DNA of 15,168 nt from an archaeon (GCA_043813875.1 JBDRKP010000072.1:1-15168), one strand, 5' to 3'; shown: positions 1-8,106, counted from the first letter of the stretch. Numbers and translations: made by a program. Notes: a model not told the origin generated them from the letters alone.

Positions 1-574
1 GTGCAGGAAATAGAGAATCCGGAATTAGCCCAAAAGCGCATGAAGGAACTCTATAAGTCCAAAGGGTATTCTGATGACTGGATTGAAAAGAGAGTCAGGG
101 GCATTGCAATAAGGGATGAATTGACAGATGAGTCCGGTCACTACGCTTGCGCTTCGCTCCCGGCTTTTTAGCCCAAAGCGGTTGATGAATGGCTAAAAAT
201 GGAAGAATCGGGGTGTGCTGGAGGAGAGAGATTATTCAATTCTCACAGCAGAGATATCAAAAGCTACATTTGGCATGACTCCGAGCGAATACAAGATATT
301 CAAAGGATTGAAAAAAGAAAACCTGCGAGACCACATGAACGATCTAGAGCTTATATTTTCAATGCTAGGTGAAAGAGTCTCTACTGAAATCACCCGAAAA
401 GAAGATGCACAGGGATATCCTGAAGTTGAAGATGCTGCCAAAAGAGGCGGAAGAGTCGCAGGCAATGCAAGAAAAGAAACAGAGTCTGAATTAGGCCGTC
501 CAGTCACATCAAAGGAAAATTATCTTACTCTTACTGAGGAAAAAAGGAGAAAACAAATCAATTCATCACAATAG
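1..574 (+). pseudogene. Bro-N/phage antirepressor-like protein, C-terminal part (5' end outside window), interrupted by a 67-nt insertion at about 133-199
   Basis: Frame 1 reads VQEIENPELAQKRMKELYKSKGYSDDWIEKRVRGIAIRDELTDE and then meets TAG at 169-171. From 200, in another frame, it reads WKNRGVLEERDYSILTAEISKATFG...ENLRDHMNDLELIF...GGRVAGNARKETE. Removing 67 nt restores ...ELTDE|WKNRGV..., as I recall for this family. Confidence 0.75.
133..199. repeat. 67-nt hairpin-rich insertion within the Bro-N-like CDS
   Basis: Contains an in-frame stop and shifts the frame. Inverted repeats: TTTTTAGCC (165-173) / GGCTAAAAA (191-199) and CCGG (134-137) / CCGG (160-163). The boundary could equally be 132-198. 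Confidence 0.75.
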
Positions 575-579
575 CGCAA

Positions 580-903
580 TATAGTCAAAGACATAACTTT
601 TTCATGGCATTTACATGCCAAGCTTTCGAAGACTGCGTCTTCAAAATGGACAAATGTCTTTGCCATATCATTAAAAATCGTTTTACGATTTTTATGATTC
701 AGCAAACTCGAGAGTTTGCCAGAATCCTTAAAATTGCTTTGCAATTTTAGGATTTCGAAAATTTATTCTAAATTTTCAATTTTCGAAATTCGAAATGAGT
801 GAAAATTTCGAAAATCCAGTGAATCTTTGAGATTCGCCAGGATAGATTAAGGTCTATTGGTTTTTGTTGACGTTTGGTCTTGAAGGTAACGACCTTAACT
901 ATA
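580..903. mobile_element. MITE-like structured element, copy 1 (324 bp including flanking TAs)
   Basis: TATAGT...ACTATA termini. Stems CAAAGACAT (586-594) / ATGTCTTTG (654-662) and TTAAGGTC (847-854) / GACCTTAA (891-898). Long matches to copy 2 at 2712-2916. Confidence 0.85.
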
Positions 904-975
904 ATTGTAATCAGCACCGGCGGCGCCAAAAATATAATGTCTTTTATTGTTGTTCTGATGCTGTCTTTTGTCATC

Positions 976-1034
976 GGCGCTCCAGGGTCTCATCCTCTTG
1001 AGATCATGCTCTGTGGACTGACTGACCTTGCGCT
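976..1034. repeat. About 60-bp intergenic repeat, uninterrupted copy (paralog of 2684-2713 joined to 2917-2946)
   Basis: Hand alignment gives 47/60 identical columns with one gap against the joined flanks of element copy 2. Confidence 0.75.
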
Positions 1035-1122
1035 TGAAGGATCTTATATGATTGTAGGGCATATGCATGGGCATTGAGGTTTTTTTGCGTTGACGGATTG
1101 TGTTTTTATGGGATATTGGTGA

Positions 1123-1192
1123 TTTTGATATCTGACTGTCAAAAATATGCATTATTTTGATAGTGACAGTCAAAAACTTTATATATTTTGAC
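1123..1192 (+). promoter_or_regulatory. Operator-like array of alternating TTTTGA/TCAAAA half-sites overlapping the TATA box of the ATPase gene
   Basis: Half-sites at 1123, 1139, 1155, 1170 and 1186. GTCAAAA-N10-TTTTGA occurs twice, 31 bp apart. TTTATATA at 1178-1185 is preceded by an A-rich BRE-like stretch; the ATG is at 1208. Confidence 0.6.
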
Positions 1193-1207
1193 ATTCTAAT
1201 ATCAGAT

Positions 1208-2515
1208 ATGGAAATACGGCAGATTACCGAGCAGAACCCGTGGTGGGAAGATAAGTCGCTGATAAACGAGGATGAAAAGGTAAAAGAGAGCGCTGCAAGA
1301 GTACATAAAATGGAGCACGTATTCACTGAAGAGAACAGCCTGATGATCGGGCCAAGGCAGGTCGGAAAAACCACGTTCATCAAGCTTCATATAAAAAATC
1401 TTATAGATAGTGGCGTTGACCCGAAAAGAACACTCTATTTTTCGTGCGAAGTCCTGAAGGATTTTAATGATATCCTTGAGATCGTAAGGTTTTCGGATAG
1501 TCTGATTACAGGCAAGAAATACATATTTTTCGATGAAGTGACTTTTGTTAAGGATTGGCAGAGGGCGATAAAATTTATCCTGGATTCGCCTTTGTCCAAG
1601 GACAAAATCATCCATGTCACGGGATCGTCTTCTGTCGAGCTTAAGAAAGAGACGTTCCCGGGAAGGAGGATAAAGACAATCCATTTTCTGCCGCTGTCGT
1701 TTAAGGATTACTGTATGGTCTTTGGAAGCGTGAACCTTAAAAAAGAGCTTTCGGATAGTGTCATGGCTTTGGATGCAGCAGAATTGAATGAAAAGGCAAA
1801 AAAACTGCTGTTCTTTTTTGGCGAGATAGATAAGCTGTTCAGCTCTTATATCTTTTGCGGCGGGTTTCCAAGGAGCATGTATGAGTATATGGAAAACGGG
1901 AAGATTCCCGACGAAACATATGACATCTACTGGAAGTGGATTGTCGCGGATATTGCCAAGATAGAGCGCAGCGAGCGGATAACCGTATCTACGCTTTTGG
2001 GTGTGCTGAAAAACTACGGTACGCGGTTCTCGCTCAATTCGATTGCAAAGGAGATGGAAGTCGGCTCTCATGTGACGATAAGGGAGTATCTTGAGATACT
2101 TGAAAACCTTTTTGTCCTGAGGAGCATGTTTCCGATAGACTTAAGGAAGAACACAGAGGATTTTGCAAGGATGAGAAAGGCATATTTCATTGATCCTTTT
2201 CTTTTCCGCGTATTTAAAAGGGAACTTACTAAAATGGATGTCAGGGATGAGGAAATCCCGCGCCTTGTCGAAGGGGTTGTTGCAGAGCATCTTTTGCGGA
2301 GATTCGATAAGGTATGCTACTATCAACAAAAAAAGGAAGTTGATTTTTACATCAACGGCACAGGCATCGAAGTGAAATGGCAGAACAGCGTCAAGAAAAG
2401 CGATTTTTATGCTGCTGAGCTTAAGAATAAGATATTGCTTTCGAAATCCTCTTTTGAGTTCTTCGAGGATGAGAAGATGCTTATTGCGCCAGTGAGCGTG
2501 TTTTTGCTGTTGTAG
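1208..2515 (+). CDS. AAA+ ATPase, AAA_14 + DUF4143 family, with a C-terminal PD-(D/E)xK-like motif
   Basis: N-terminal QNPWW, Walker A GPRQVGKTT, Walker B FFDEV, VTGSSS, GGFP, KAYFIDP, EVDF...IEVK. Start placed at ATG 1208 (MEIRQ), just downstream of the TATA box, rather than the ORF-track start at 1157. Confidence 0.9.
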   Translation: MEIRQITEQNPWWEDKSLINEDEKVKESAARVHKMEHVFTEENSLMIGPRQVGKTTFIKLHIKNLIDSGVDPKRTLYFSCEVLKDFNDILEIVRFSDSLITGKKYIFFDEVTFVKDWQRAIKFILDSPLSKDKIIHVTGSSSVELKKETFPGRRIKTIHFLPLSFKDYCMVFGSVNLKKELSDSVMALDAAELNEKAKKLLFFFGEIDKLFSSYIFCGGFPRSMYEYMENGKIPDETYDIYWKWIVADIAKIERSERITVSTLLGVLKNYGTRFSLNSIAKEMEVGSHVTIREYLEILENLFVLRSMFPIDLRKNTEDFARMRKAYFIDPFLFRVFKRELTKMDVRDEEIPRLVEGVVAEHLLRRFDKVCYYQQKKEVDFYINGTGIEVKWQNSVKKSDFYAAELKNKILLSKSSFEFFEDEKMLIAPVSVFLLL

Positions 2516-2711
2516 GGTTTGGTTTTTGATCCTTGTTTTGATGGATATCGGTTTTCGATGGTTATTCATACTCTTAATGGTGATGTTGCATAACTGTGAT
2601 TAAATTTGACCGAATGATTGCGATTTAGCGTAAAGACGAACAAGACCTCTTCTGGCGAGATGAGCGCTTTTTCTATATTTTCAGGCGCTCTTGGGTTCCA
2701 GAATCTTGATA

Positions 2712-2916
2712 TATAGTAAACGTCATAACTTTTTCATGGCACTTAAATGCCAAGCTTTCGAGAGCTTCGCTCTCAAAATAGACAAATGACGTTTCCATAT
2801 CATTAAAAATCGTTTTACGATTTTTATGATCCAGCGAATCTGCGATTCGCCCGGATAGATTGATGTCTATCGGTTCATGGGTTATATTTGTCCAGCGAGT
2901 AACGACATCAACTATA
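2712..2916. mobile_element. MITE-like structured element, copy 2 (205 bp including flanking TAs)
   Basis: TATAGT (2712-2717)...ACTATA (2911-2916). Stems AAACGTCAT (2718-2726) / ATGACGTTT (2786-2794) and TTGATGTC (2860-2867) / GACATCAA (2904-2911). It interrupts a paralog of 976-1034. Confidence 0.88.
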
Positions 2917-3143
2917 ATGCTCTCGTGGACTGGTTGGCCTTGCGCTATTGAGCATGTGAATATCGATTCTGTCGTGTGTACTGGCTGCCTTGTGATGTAT
3001 GCGCGTTTTACTTTTCTCTTTTTGATACTTGAGGATATTGATTTTTGGGATTAGATGATTTTTTTGCGGCGGCCAGACATTAGATGTCATCCATGCTGGA
3101 AGACGGCGAGGGATATATATATTTATCGCGTTTTAGTTAATGT

Positions 3144-3965
3144 ATGCGCCAATCACGTGTGCTCAAGCTTGAGCGGCTGAAAAAGCATATTGAAAAGTCT
3201 GGCGATATGCTTATCGCGTTTTCAGGCGGTGTGGACAGCACGTTTCTTGCGAGGGTCGCGCATGACGTCCTCGGGGACAGGGCTGTTGCTGTCACTGCCA
3301 CGTCTTCGACGTATCCAAAGAGGGAGCTTCTTCTGGCAAAGAGGCTTGCGCGGGAAATAGGCATAAGGCATATGGTAATAGAGTCTCTGGAGACTGAAAT
3401 TCCGAGTTTCAGGGAGAACCTGCCTGACAGGTGCTATCATTGCAAGAAGGAGCTGTTCTCTAAGCTTAAAGAGGTCGCGCGGAAGGAAAATATAGGGAAT
3501 GTGGCGGATGCGACGAATGTTGATGATCTAACAGATCACAGGCCCGGGATGAGGGCGAAAGAGGAGCTTGGCGTGGTGAGCCCGCTTCTTGATGCAGGGA
3601 TGACCAAGGATGATATCAGGTCGCTTTCAAAGGATATGGGGCTTTATACGTGGAACAAGCCTGCTTTTGCGTGCCTTGCGTCACGGTTCCCATACGGCAC
3701 AGAGATAACAAGGGATCGGCTTTCTGTAGTAGAGCGCGCCGAGGATATAATCAGAGGACTTGGAGTTGTGCAGTCGCGCGTGAGGTATCATGGCAATATG
3801 GCAAGGATCGAGGTATGTCGCGCCGATATGCAGAAGGTGCTTGACAATTCAGGGAAGCTTGCGGAGGCTTTTTTGGAGCTTGGGTTCGTATATGTATGCC
3901 TTGATCTTATGGGCTACAGGACCGGCAGCATGAACGAGGTTTTGGAAAATGGAGAAGATGCTTAA
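3144..3965 (+). CDS. larE: ATP-dependent sulfur transferase LarE (NPN cofactor biosynthesis)
   Basis: PP-loop AFSGGVDS, RCYHCK, RPG, SPL, ACLASRFPYG, RVRYHG, ARIEV, DLMGYRTGSMN. Overlaps larB by 17 bp. Confidence 0.93.
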   Translation: MRQSRVLKLERLKKHIEKSGDMLIAFSGGVDSTFLARVAHDVLGDRAVAVTATSSTYPKRELLLAKRLAREIGIRHMVIESLETEIPSFRENLPDRCYHCKKELFSKLKEVARKENIGNVADATNVDDLTDHRPGMRAKEELGVVSPLLDAGMTKDDIRSLSKDMGLYTWNKPAFACLASRFPYGTEITRDRLSVVERAEDIIRGLGVVQSRVRYHGNMARIEVCRADMQKVLDNSGKLAEAFLELGFVYVCLDLMGYRTGSMNEVLENGEDA

Positions 3966-4677
3966 GGATTTCAAGGACGGGAAGATCACGCTAAAAGAGG
4001 TGATGGCGAGATTGAAATCCATGCCTTTTGAAGATGCGGGCTTTGCGAAGATAGATACGCACAGGACGCTCAGGAAAGGGTTTCCAGAGGTCATATACTG
4101 CAAGGGAAAGACTGTTGAGCAGGTAGTGAAGATATTTGAGATGATGGATGGGCACGGGTGCAATATACTTGCGACGAGGGCGGATGCGAAGACGTATGAG
4201 GCGGTGAAGAGAGCGCATCCTCGTGCCGTGTATAATGAGCATGCGGGGACGATCGTCATACAGAAGGAGGAGATGGAGCCGAAGAAGGGTTTGATCCTTG
4301 TCATCACTGCCGGGACGTCGGATATCCCTGTGGCGGAAGAGGCTGTGGTGACGGCTGAACTGATGGGCAACAGGGTCGAGAAGGTCTATGACGCCGGGGT
4401 GGCTGGTATACACCGGCTGCTGCATTATAAGGAGAAGATATTTGATGCGGGTGTCATAATCGTCGTCGCCGGCATGGAGGGGGCTTTGGCAAGCGTCGTC
4501 GGGGGGCTTGCGTCAGTGCCGATCATCGCTGTCCCGACCAGTGTCGGATACGGCGCGAGTTTCGAGGGTGTCGCTCCTTTGCTTACTATGCTCAATTGCT
4601 GCTCGCCGGGGGTCGCTGTCGTCAATATCGATAATGGATTCGGCGCGGGATATTTTGCGGGTATGATTAACAGGTGA
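3949..4677 (+). CDS. larB: NPN cofactor biosynthesis carboxylase/hydrolase LarB (PurE-like fold)
   Basis: AKIDTHRTLRKGFPEVIYC, AGTSDIPVAEEA, DAGVAGIHRL, AGMEGAL, PTSVGYG, NCCSPGVAVVNIDNGFGA. Confidence 0.95.
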   Translation: MEKMLKDFKDGKITLKEVMARLKSMPFEDAGFAKIDTHRTLRKGFPEVIYCKGKTVEQVVKIFEMMDGHGCNILATRADAKTYEAVKRAHPRAVYNEHAGTIVIQKEEMEPKKGLILVITAGTSDIPVAEEAVVTAELMGNRVEKVYDAGVAGIHRLLHYKEKIFDAGVIIVVAGMEGALASVVGGLASVPIIAVPTSVGYGASFEGVAPLLTMLNCCSPGVAVVNIDNGFGAGYFAGMINR

Positions 4678-4681
4678 ATTT

Positions 4682-5854
4682 ATGAAGGTAGCATATTTTG
4701 ATTGTTTTTCCGGTATCAGCGGTGATATGATCCTTGGAGCTCTTGTTGATCTCGGGGTTGATGTAGATTATCTTAAGGGTGAACTTATGAAGCTTGATGT
4801 CGGCGGCTATGAGATCTCATGGGAGAAGGTCGAGAAGGCGCATGTTTTTGGGACTAAGGTAGATGTTGCTGTCAGGGAGAAGCATGCGCACAGGGGGCTT
4901 TCTGATATCAATAAGCTGATCGATGACAGCAGGCTTGATGCTGATGTCAAGGTGTCTGCCAAGAAGATATTTCTCCGGCTCGCCGAGGCGGAGGGCAGGG
5001 TGCATAATATCGATGCGGATAAGGTGCATTTCCATGAGGTCGGGGCGATTGATTCGATCATCGATATCGTGGGCGCTGTTGTCGGGATCAGGAAGCTTGG
5101 TATCGGGAGGATATACTGCTCGTCACTCAATGTCGGCAGCGGGTCTGTCAAATGCGCGCACGGCGTGATGCCTGTGCCGGCGCCGGCGACAGCCGAGCTG
5201 ATAAAAGGGGTGCCGGTGTATTCAAGTGGTGTTGTTGGTGAGCTTGTTACGCCGACCGGTGCTGCTGTGATCACTACGCTTGCTGATTGTTTTGGCGGCA
5301 TGCCGAAGATGAGGGTCGATAAGGTGGGTTATGGCGCTGGTGATGCTGATTTTTTGCATCCGAACATGCTGAGGGTTTTTCTTGGTGAGGCGGACGGGGA
5401 CTATGATGCTGATGTCACTGATGTCATCGAGACCAATATAGATGACATGAGCCCGGAGTATTACGGGCATGTGACCGAGAGGCTGATGACTTCGGGGGCG
5501 CTTGATGTGTTCCTTACCAATATCATGATGAAAAACAACCGGCCGGCAATCAGGCTGAGTGTCATCTCGATGCCAGAGAGTACTGAGCGGCTTGTGGATA
5601 TCATATTCAGTGAGACCACGACTTTCGGGGTGAGGATATACGAGACGCGGCGACGGAAGCTGTCTGTCGAGAAGAAGGATGTGAAGACTAAGTACGGCGC
5701 GGTGAGCGTGAAGGTCGGAAGGGCGAATGGTGTGGTGAAGGTGGTGTCGCCTGAGTACAGGGACTGTAAGAAGGTGGCTGATGAGTATGGCGTTCCTTTG
5801 AGGGATGTGTATGATCTTGTTAAGGCGCTTGCGCGGGATGATATTGGGCTGTGA
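4682..5854 (+). CDS. larC: Nickel insertase (cyclometallase) LarC, single uninterrupted ORF
   Basis: FDCFSGISGDM, HFHEVGAIDSIIDI, CAHG..PVPAPAT, GELVTPTGAA, GYGAG, ETNIDD, ETTTFGVR, PEYRDC. An SD-like AGGTGA overlaps the larB stop. Confidence 0.95.
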   Translation: MKVAYFDCFSGISGDMILGALVDLGVDVDYLKGELMKLDVGGYEISWEKVEKAHVFGTKVDVAVREKHAHRGLSDINKLIDDSRLDADVKVSAKKIFLRLAEAEGRVHNIDADKVHFHEVGAIDSIIDIVGAVVGIRKLGIGRIYCSSLNVGSGSVKCAHGVMPVPAPATAELIKGVPVYSSGVVGELVTPTGAAVITTLADCFGGMPKMRVDKVGYGAGDADFLHPNMLRVFLGEADGDYDADVTDVIETNIDDMSPEYYGHVTERLMTSGALDVFLTNIMMKNNRPAIRLSVISMPESTERLVDIIFSETTTFGVRIYETRRRKLSVEKKDVKTKYGAVSVKVGRANGVVKVVSPEYRDCKKVADEYGVPLRDVYDLVKALARDDIGL

Positions 5855-5880
5855 TTGCTGTGTTTTGTTGTGTATGTCTT

Positions 5881-6224
5881 TTATGTTTTTCCTGAGTGGA
5901 TCATCAGGCTCCAGGCGTGGTCTCTGTCTTCTTTTAAGCAGTCCTTGAATGTGGTCTCTATGTCTTTTTTTCTTTTTTGCTATCTCTATCGTGTGAGCTG
6001 AGATGTCTGATGCGGTTACTGATGAGGGGCTATAGTCTCTTGTATCTCTTATGCGTCTCTTCCTGTGCCGCAGTCTGCGATGTAGATGTCTTTTCCTGTG
6101 ATGTCTATGCCGTGCTTTCTTGTGAGATTGCGCTTTTTCTTGCGCCCGACGATTGCGCCATCGTGATGAGGTTCCTGTCGTATTGTTCTGTGACTTTTCC
6201 TGTGTATTAGGGCATACTTATCAT
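5881..6224 (-). pseudogene. Degraded class I SAM-dependent methyltransferase
   Basis: Minus strand 6096-6052 reads GKDIYIADCGTGRDA (motif I-like) then TAA. In a different frame, 6019-5969 reads VTASDISAHTIEIAKKK (motif II-like). An upstream fragment YTGKVTEQYDR follows a stop. Boundaries are approximate. Confidence 0.65.
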
Positions 6225-6390
6225 TTCGTCCGTGTTGTTTTTATGTCTGGCTTAATGCGGATGAGGGCCCTTACAAAGATATATATATAGTGTCGGACAG
6301 AGAAGTGATTTGTGGACAGACGGATTACTTTGCCGTTGTAACGAGGGGACTGCAATCTGTCGCGTAGATATTATCTGATGCATGTGATGT

Positions 6391-8106
6391 ATGATGGACC
6401 TGTTTATTGAACTTAGTGCAATCCTGATCCTTACTGTCGTAATCTCCGGGCTGATGCGCCTTTTTAGGCAGCCTCTGATAATCGGCTATATACTTGCAGG
6501 GATAATCGCCGGACCTGTAGCCCTGAATGTCGTCAAGTCGCCTGAGACTTTTGCGGCTTTTGCCCAGATCGGTGTCGCTTTCCTTCTGTTCATGGTCGGG
6601 CTGAACCTGAATTACAGGGTCATCGGCGATGTCGGAAAAGCGTCCCTGTTTACGGGTGCTGGTCAGGTGTTCTTCACATCCCTGATCGGATTCAGCATAG
6701 GAAAGCTGCTTGGCTTTTCAAATATCATCTCGATATATCTTGCTGTTGCTGTCTCTTTCAGCAGCACGATAATAATCATGAAAGTGCTGTCGGATAAGAA
6801 GGAGCTTGAGACTCTTTATGGGAGAATCTCCATCGGGTTCCTGATAGTGCAGGATCTGATTGCCATATTCGTCCTGATGCTGATATCGTCCATCAGCGAA
6901 GGGGGCACCATAGGAGGCCTCTTTTTTGAATCAATAACCAAAGGCATGGGTTCGCTGATGATACTTGCCATCATCGCGATATATGTCTTTCCCAACCTGA
7001 CACAATTTATTGCAAAATCGCAGGAATTTCTTTTGCTTTTTTCTATCACATGGTGTTTTGCTGTCGCCTCGTTTTTCCATTACATGGGCTTTTCAATAGA
7101 GGCGGGCGCATTGCTTGCAGGCATAACTCTTTCGATGTCTCCCTATCATTACGAGATAAGCTCAAAGATGAAGCCGTTGCGCGATTTTTTCCTGATGCTG
7201 TTCTTTATCCTGCTGGGGTCGCAGATGATTTTTTCCAACTTCTACCAATATATAGTTCCTATCATTGTGTTCTCGCTGCTTATACTTATCGGGAATCCTC
7301 TGATCGTGATGACGCTGATGGGGGTGATGGGCTATACGAAGAGGAACAGCTTCCTTGCAGGACTTACGGTCGCGCAGGTGAGTGAATTCTCTATAATACT
7401 GATCGCACTGGGTGTCAAGACAGGACACCTGGCAAATGAGATAGTCTCCCTGATAACTGCCATAGCACTGATAACCATCGCAGGATCCACTTACATGATA
7501 CTCTATTCGCATAAGCTCTATATCTATCTTTCAAAGTATCTTTCATTGTTTGAGCGGAAAGGAAAAAAAATCGATGAGCATAAGTATCATGCGGATGATC
7601 ATTACGATATAATCCTTTTCGGGCATGATGAGATAGGGTTTGACATCACGACGTCGCTCAGGAAGATAAAGAAGAAGTTCCTTGTCATAGATTATGATCC
7701 TGGCGTCATAATCAACCTGTCCAAGCAGGGATACGACTGCAAATACGGCGACGTGAATGATACTGAGATGCTTGATGAGTTGAATTTCTCAAAAGTGAAG
7801 ATGGTCATCTCGACCATTCCTGCCATTGATACCAATCTGCTGCTTATCAGCAAGATAAGGGAGTCCAATAAGAATGTCATCATTGCTGTTGTCTCTCACC
7901 AGATTGACGGTGCTTTGAGGCTATATGATGAAGGCGCGACTTATGTCATAATGCCTCATTTCCTGGGCGGGCGCCATGCATCGACGCTGATTGAGGACAA
8001 TGAATTGAGTCTTGACAGGTTCCTCGAGGAGAAGGTCGCCCATATCGAGCATCTGAAATTGCGAAAAGAGGCAGGGCATGAACATCCTAAATATGAGGAC
8101 CATTAA
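6391..8106 (+). CDS. Cation:proton antiporter, CPA2/Kef family, with C-terminal RCK (TrkA-N) domain
   Basis: About 12-13 hydrophobic segments; GYILAGIIAGP, FSSTIIIMKVL, LIVQD, AGALLAG, LRDFFL, AQVSEFS; soluble C-terminus with VIDYDP, YGDVND, GATYVIMP. Confidence 0.92.
   Translation: MMDLFIELSAILILTVVISGLMRLFRQPLIIGYILAGIIAGPVALNVVKSPETFAAFAQIGVAFLLFMVGLNLNYRVIGDVGKASLFTGAGQVFFTSLIGFSIGKLLGFSNIISIYLAVAVSFSSTIIIMKVLSDKKELETLYGRISIGFLIVQDLIAIFVLMLISSISEGGTIGGLFFESITKGMGSLMILAIIAIYVFPNLTQFIAKSQEFLLLFSITWCFAVASFFHYMGFSIEAGALLAGITLSMSPYHYEISSKMKPLRDFFLMLFFILLGSQMIFSNFYQYIVPIIVFSLLILIGNPLIVMTLMGVMGYTKRNSFLAGLTVAQVSEFSIILIALGVKTGHLANEIVSLITAIALITIAGSTYMILYSHKLYIYLSKYLSLFERKGKKIDEHKYHADDHYDIILFGHDEIGFDITTSLRKIKKKFLVIDYDPGVIINLSKQGYDCKYGDVNDTEMLDELNFSKVKMVISTIPAIDTNLLLISKIRESNKNVIIAVVSHQIDGALRLYDEGATYVIMPHFLGGRHASTLIEDNELSLDRFLEEKVAHIEHLKLRKEAGHEHPKYEDH

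Noticed and set aside
124..199. Insert as a hammerhead ribozyme, C/D box RNA or canonical BHB mRNA intron
   Set aside because: CAGATGAGTCC lacks the CUGAUGA core and a suitably placed GAAA. TGATGA has no partner CTGA box. Neither boundary gives a 4-bp central helix.
520..1383. Short ORFs 520-744, 768-974, 874-1077 and 895-1383 (also 2860-3054 and 2908-3090)
   Set aside because: They run through the structured elements and promoter regions, and the frames are not conserved between element copies.
1202..2071. 289-aa - strand ORF, and similar antisense ORFs over the lar, antiporter, DUF373 and map genes
   Set aside because: They overlap well-supported genes on the opposite strand and lack family motifs.
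5977..6210. 77-aa + strand ORF
   Set aside because: Its Cys/Leu/Ser-rich composition is typical of an antisense reading; the region is better explained by the - strand methyltransferase remnant.
6031..6300. Other TATAGT hexamers (6031 and about 6286) as further element copies
   Set aside because: No internal complement, no TGGCA/TGCCA hairpin and no ACTATA end; the second is more likely part of the antiporter promoter.
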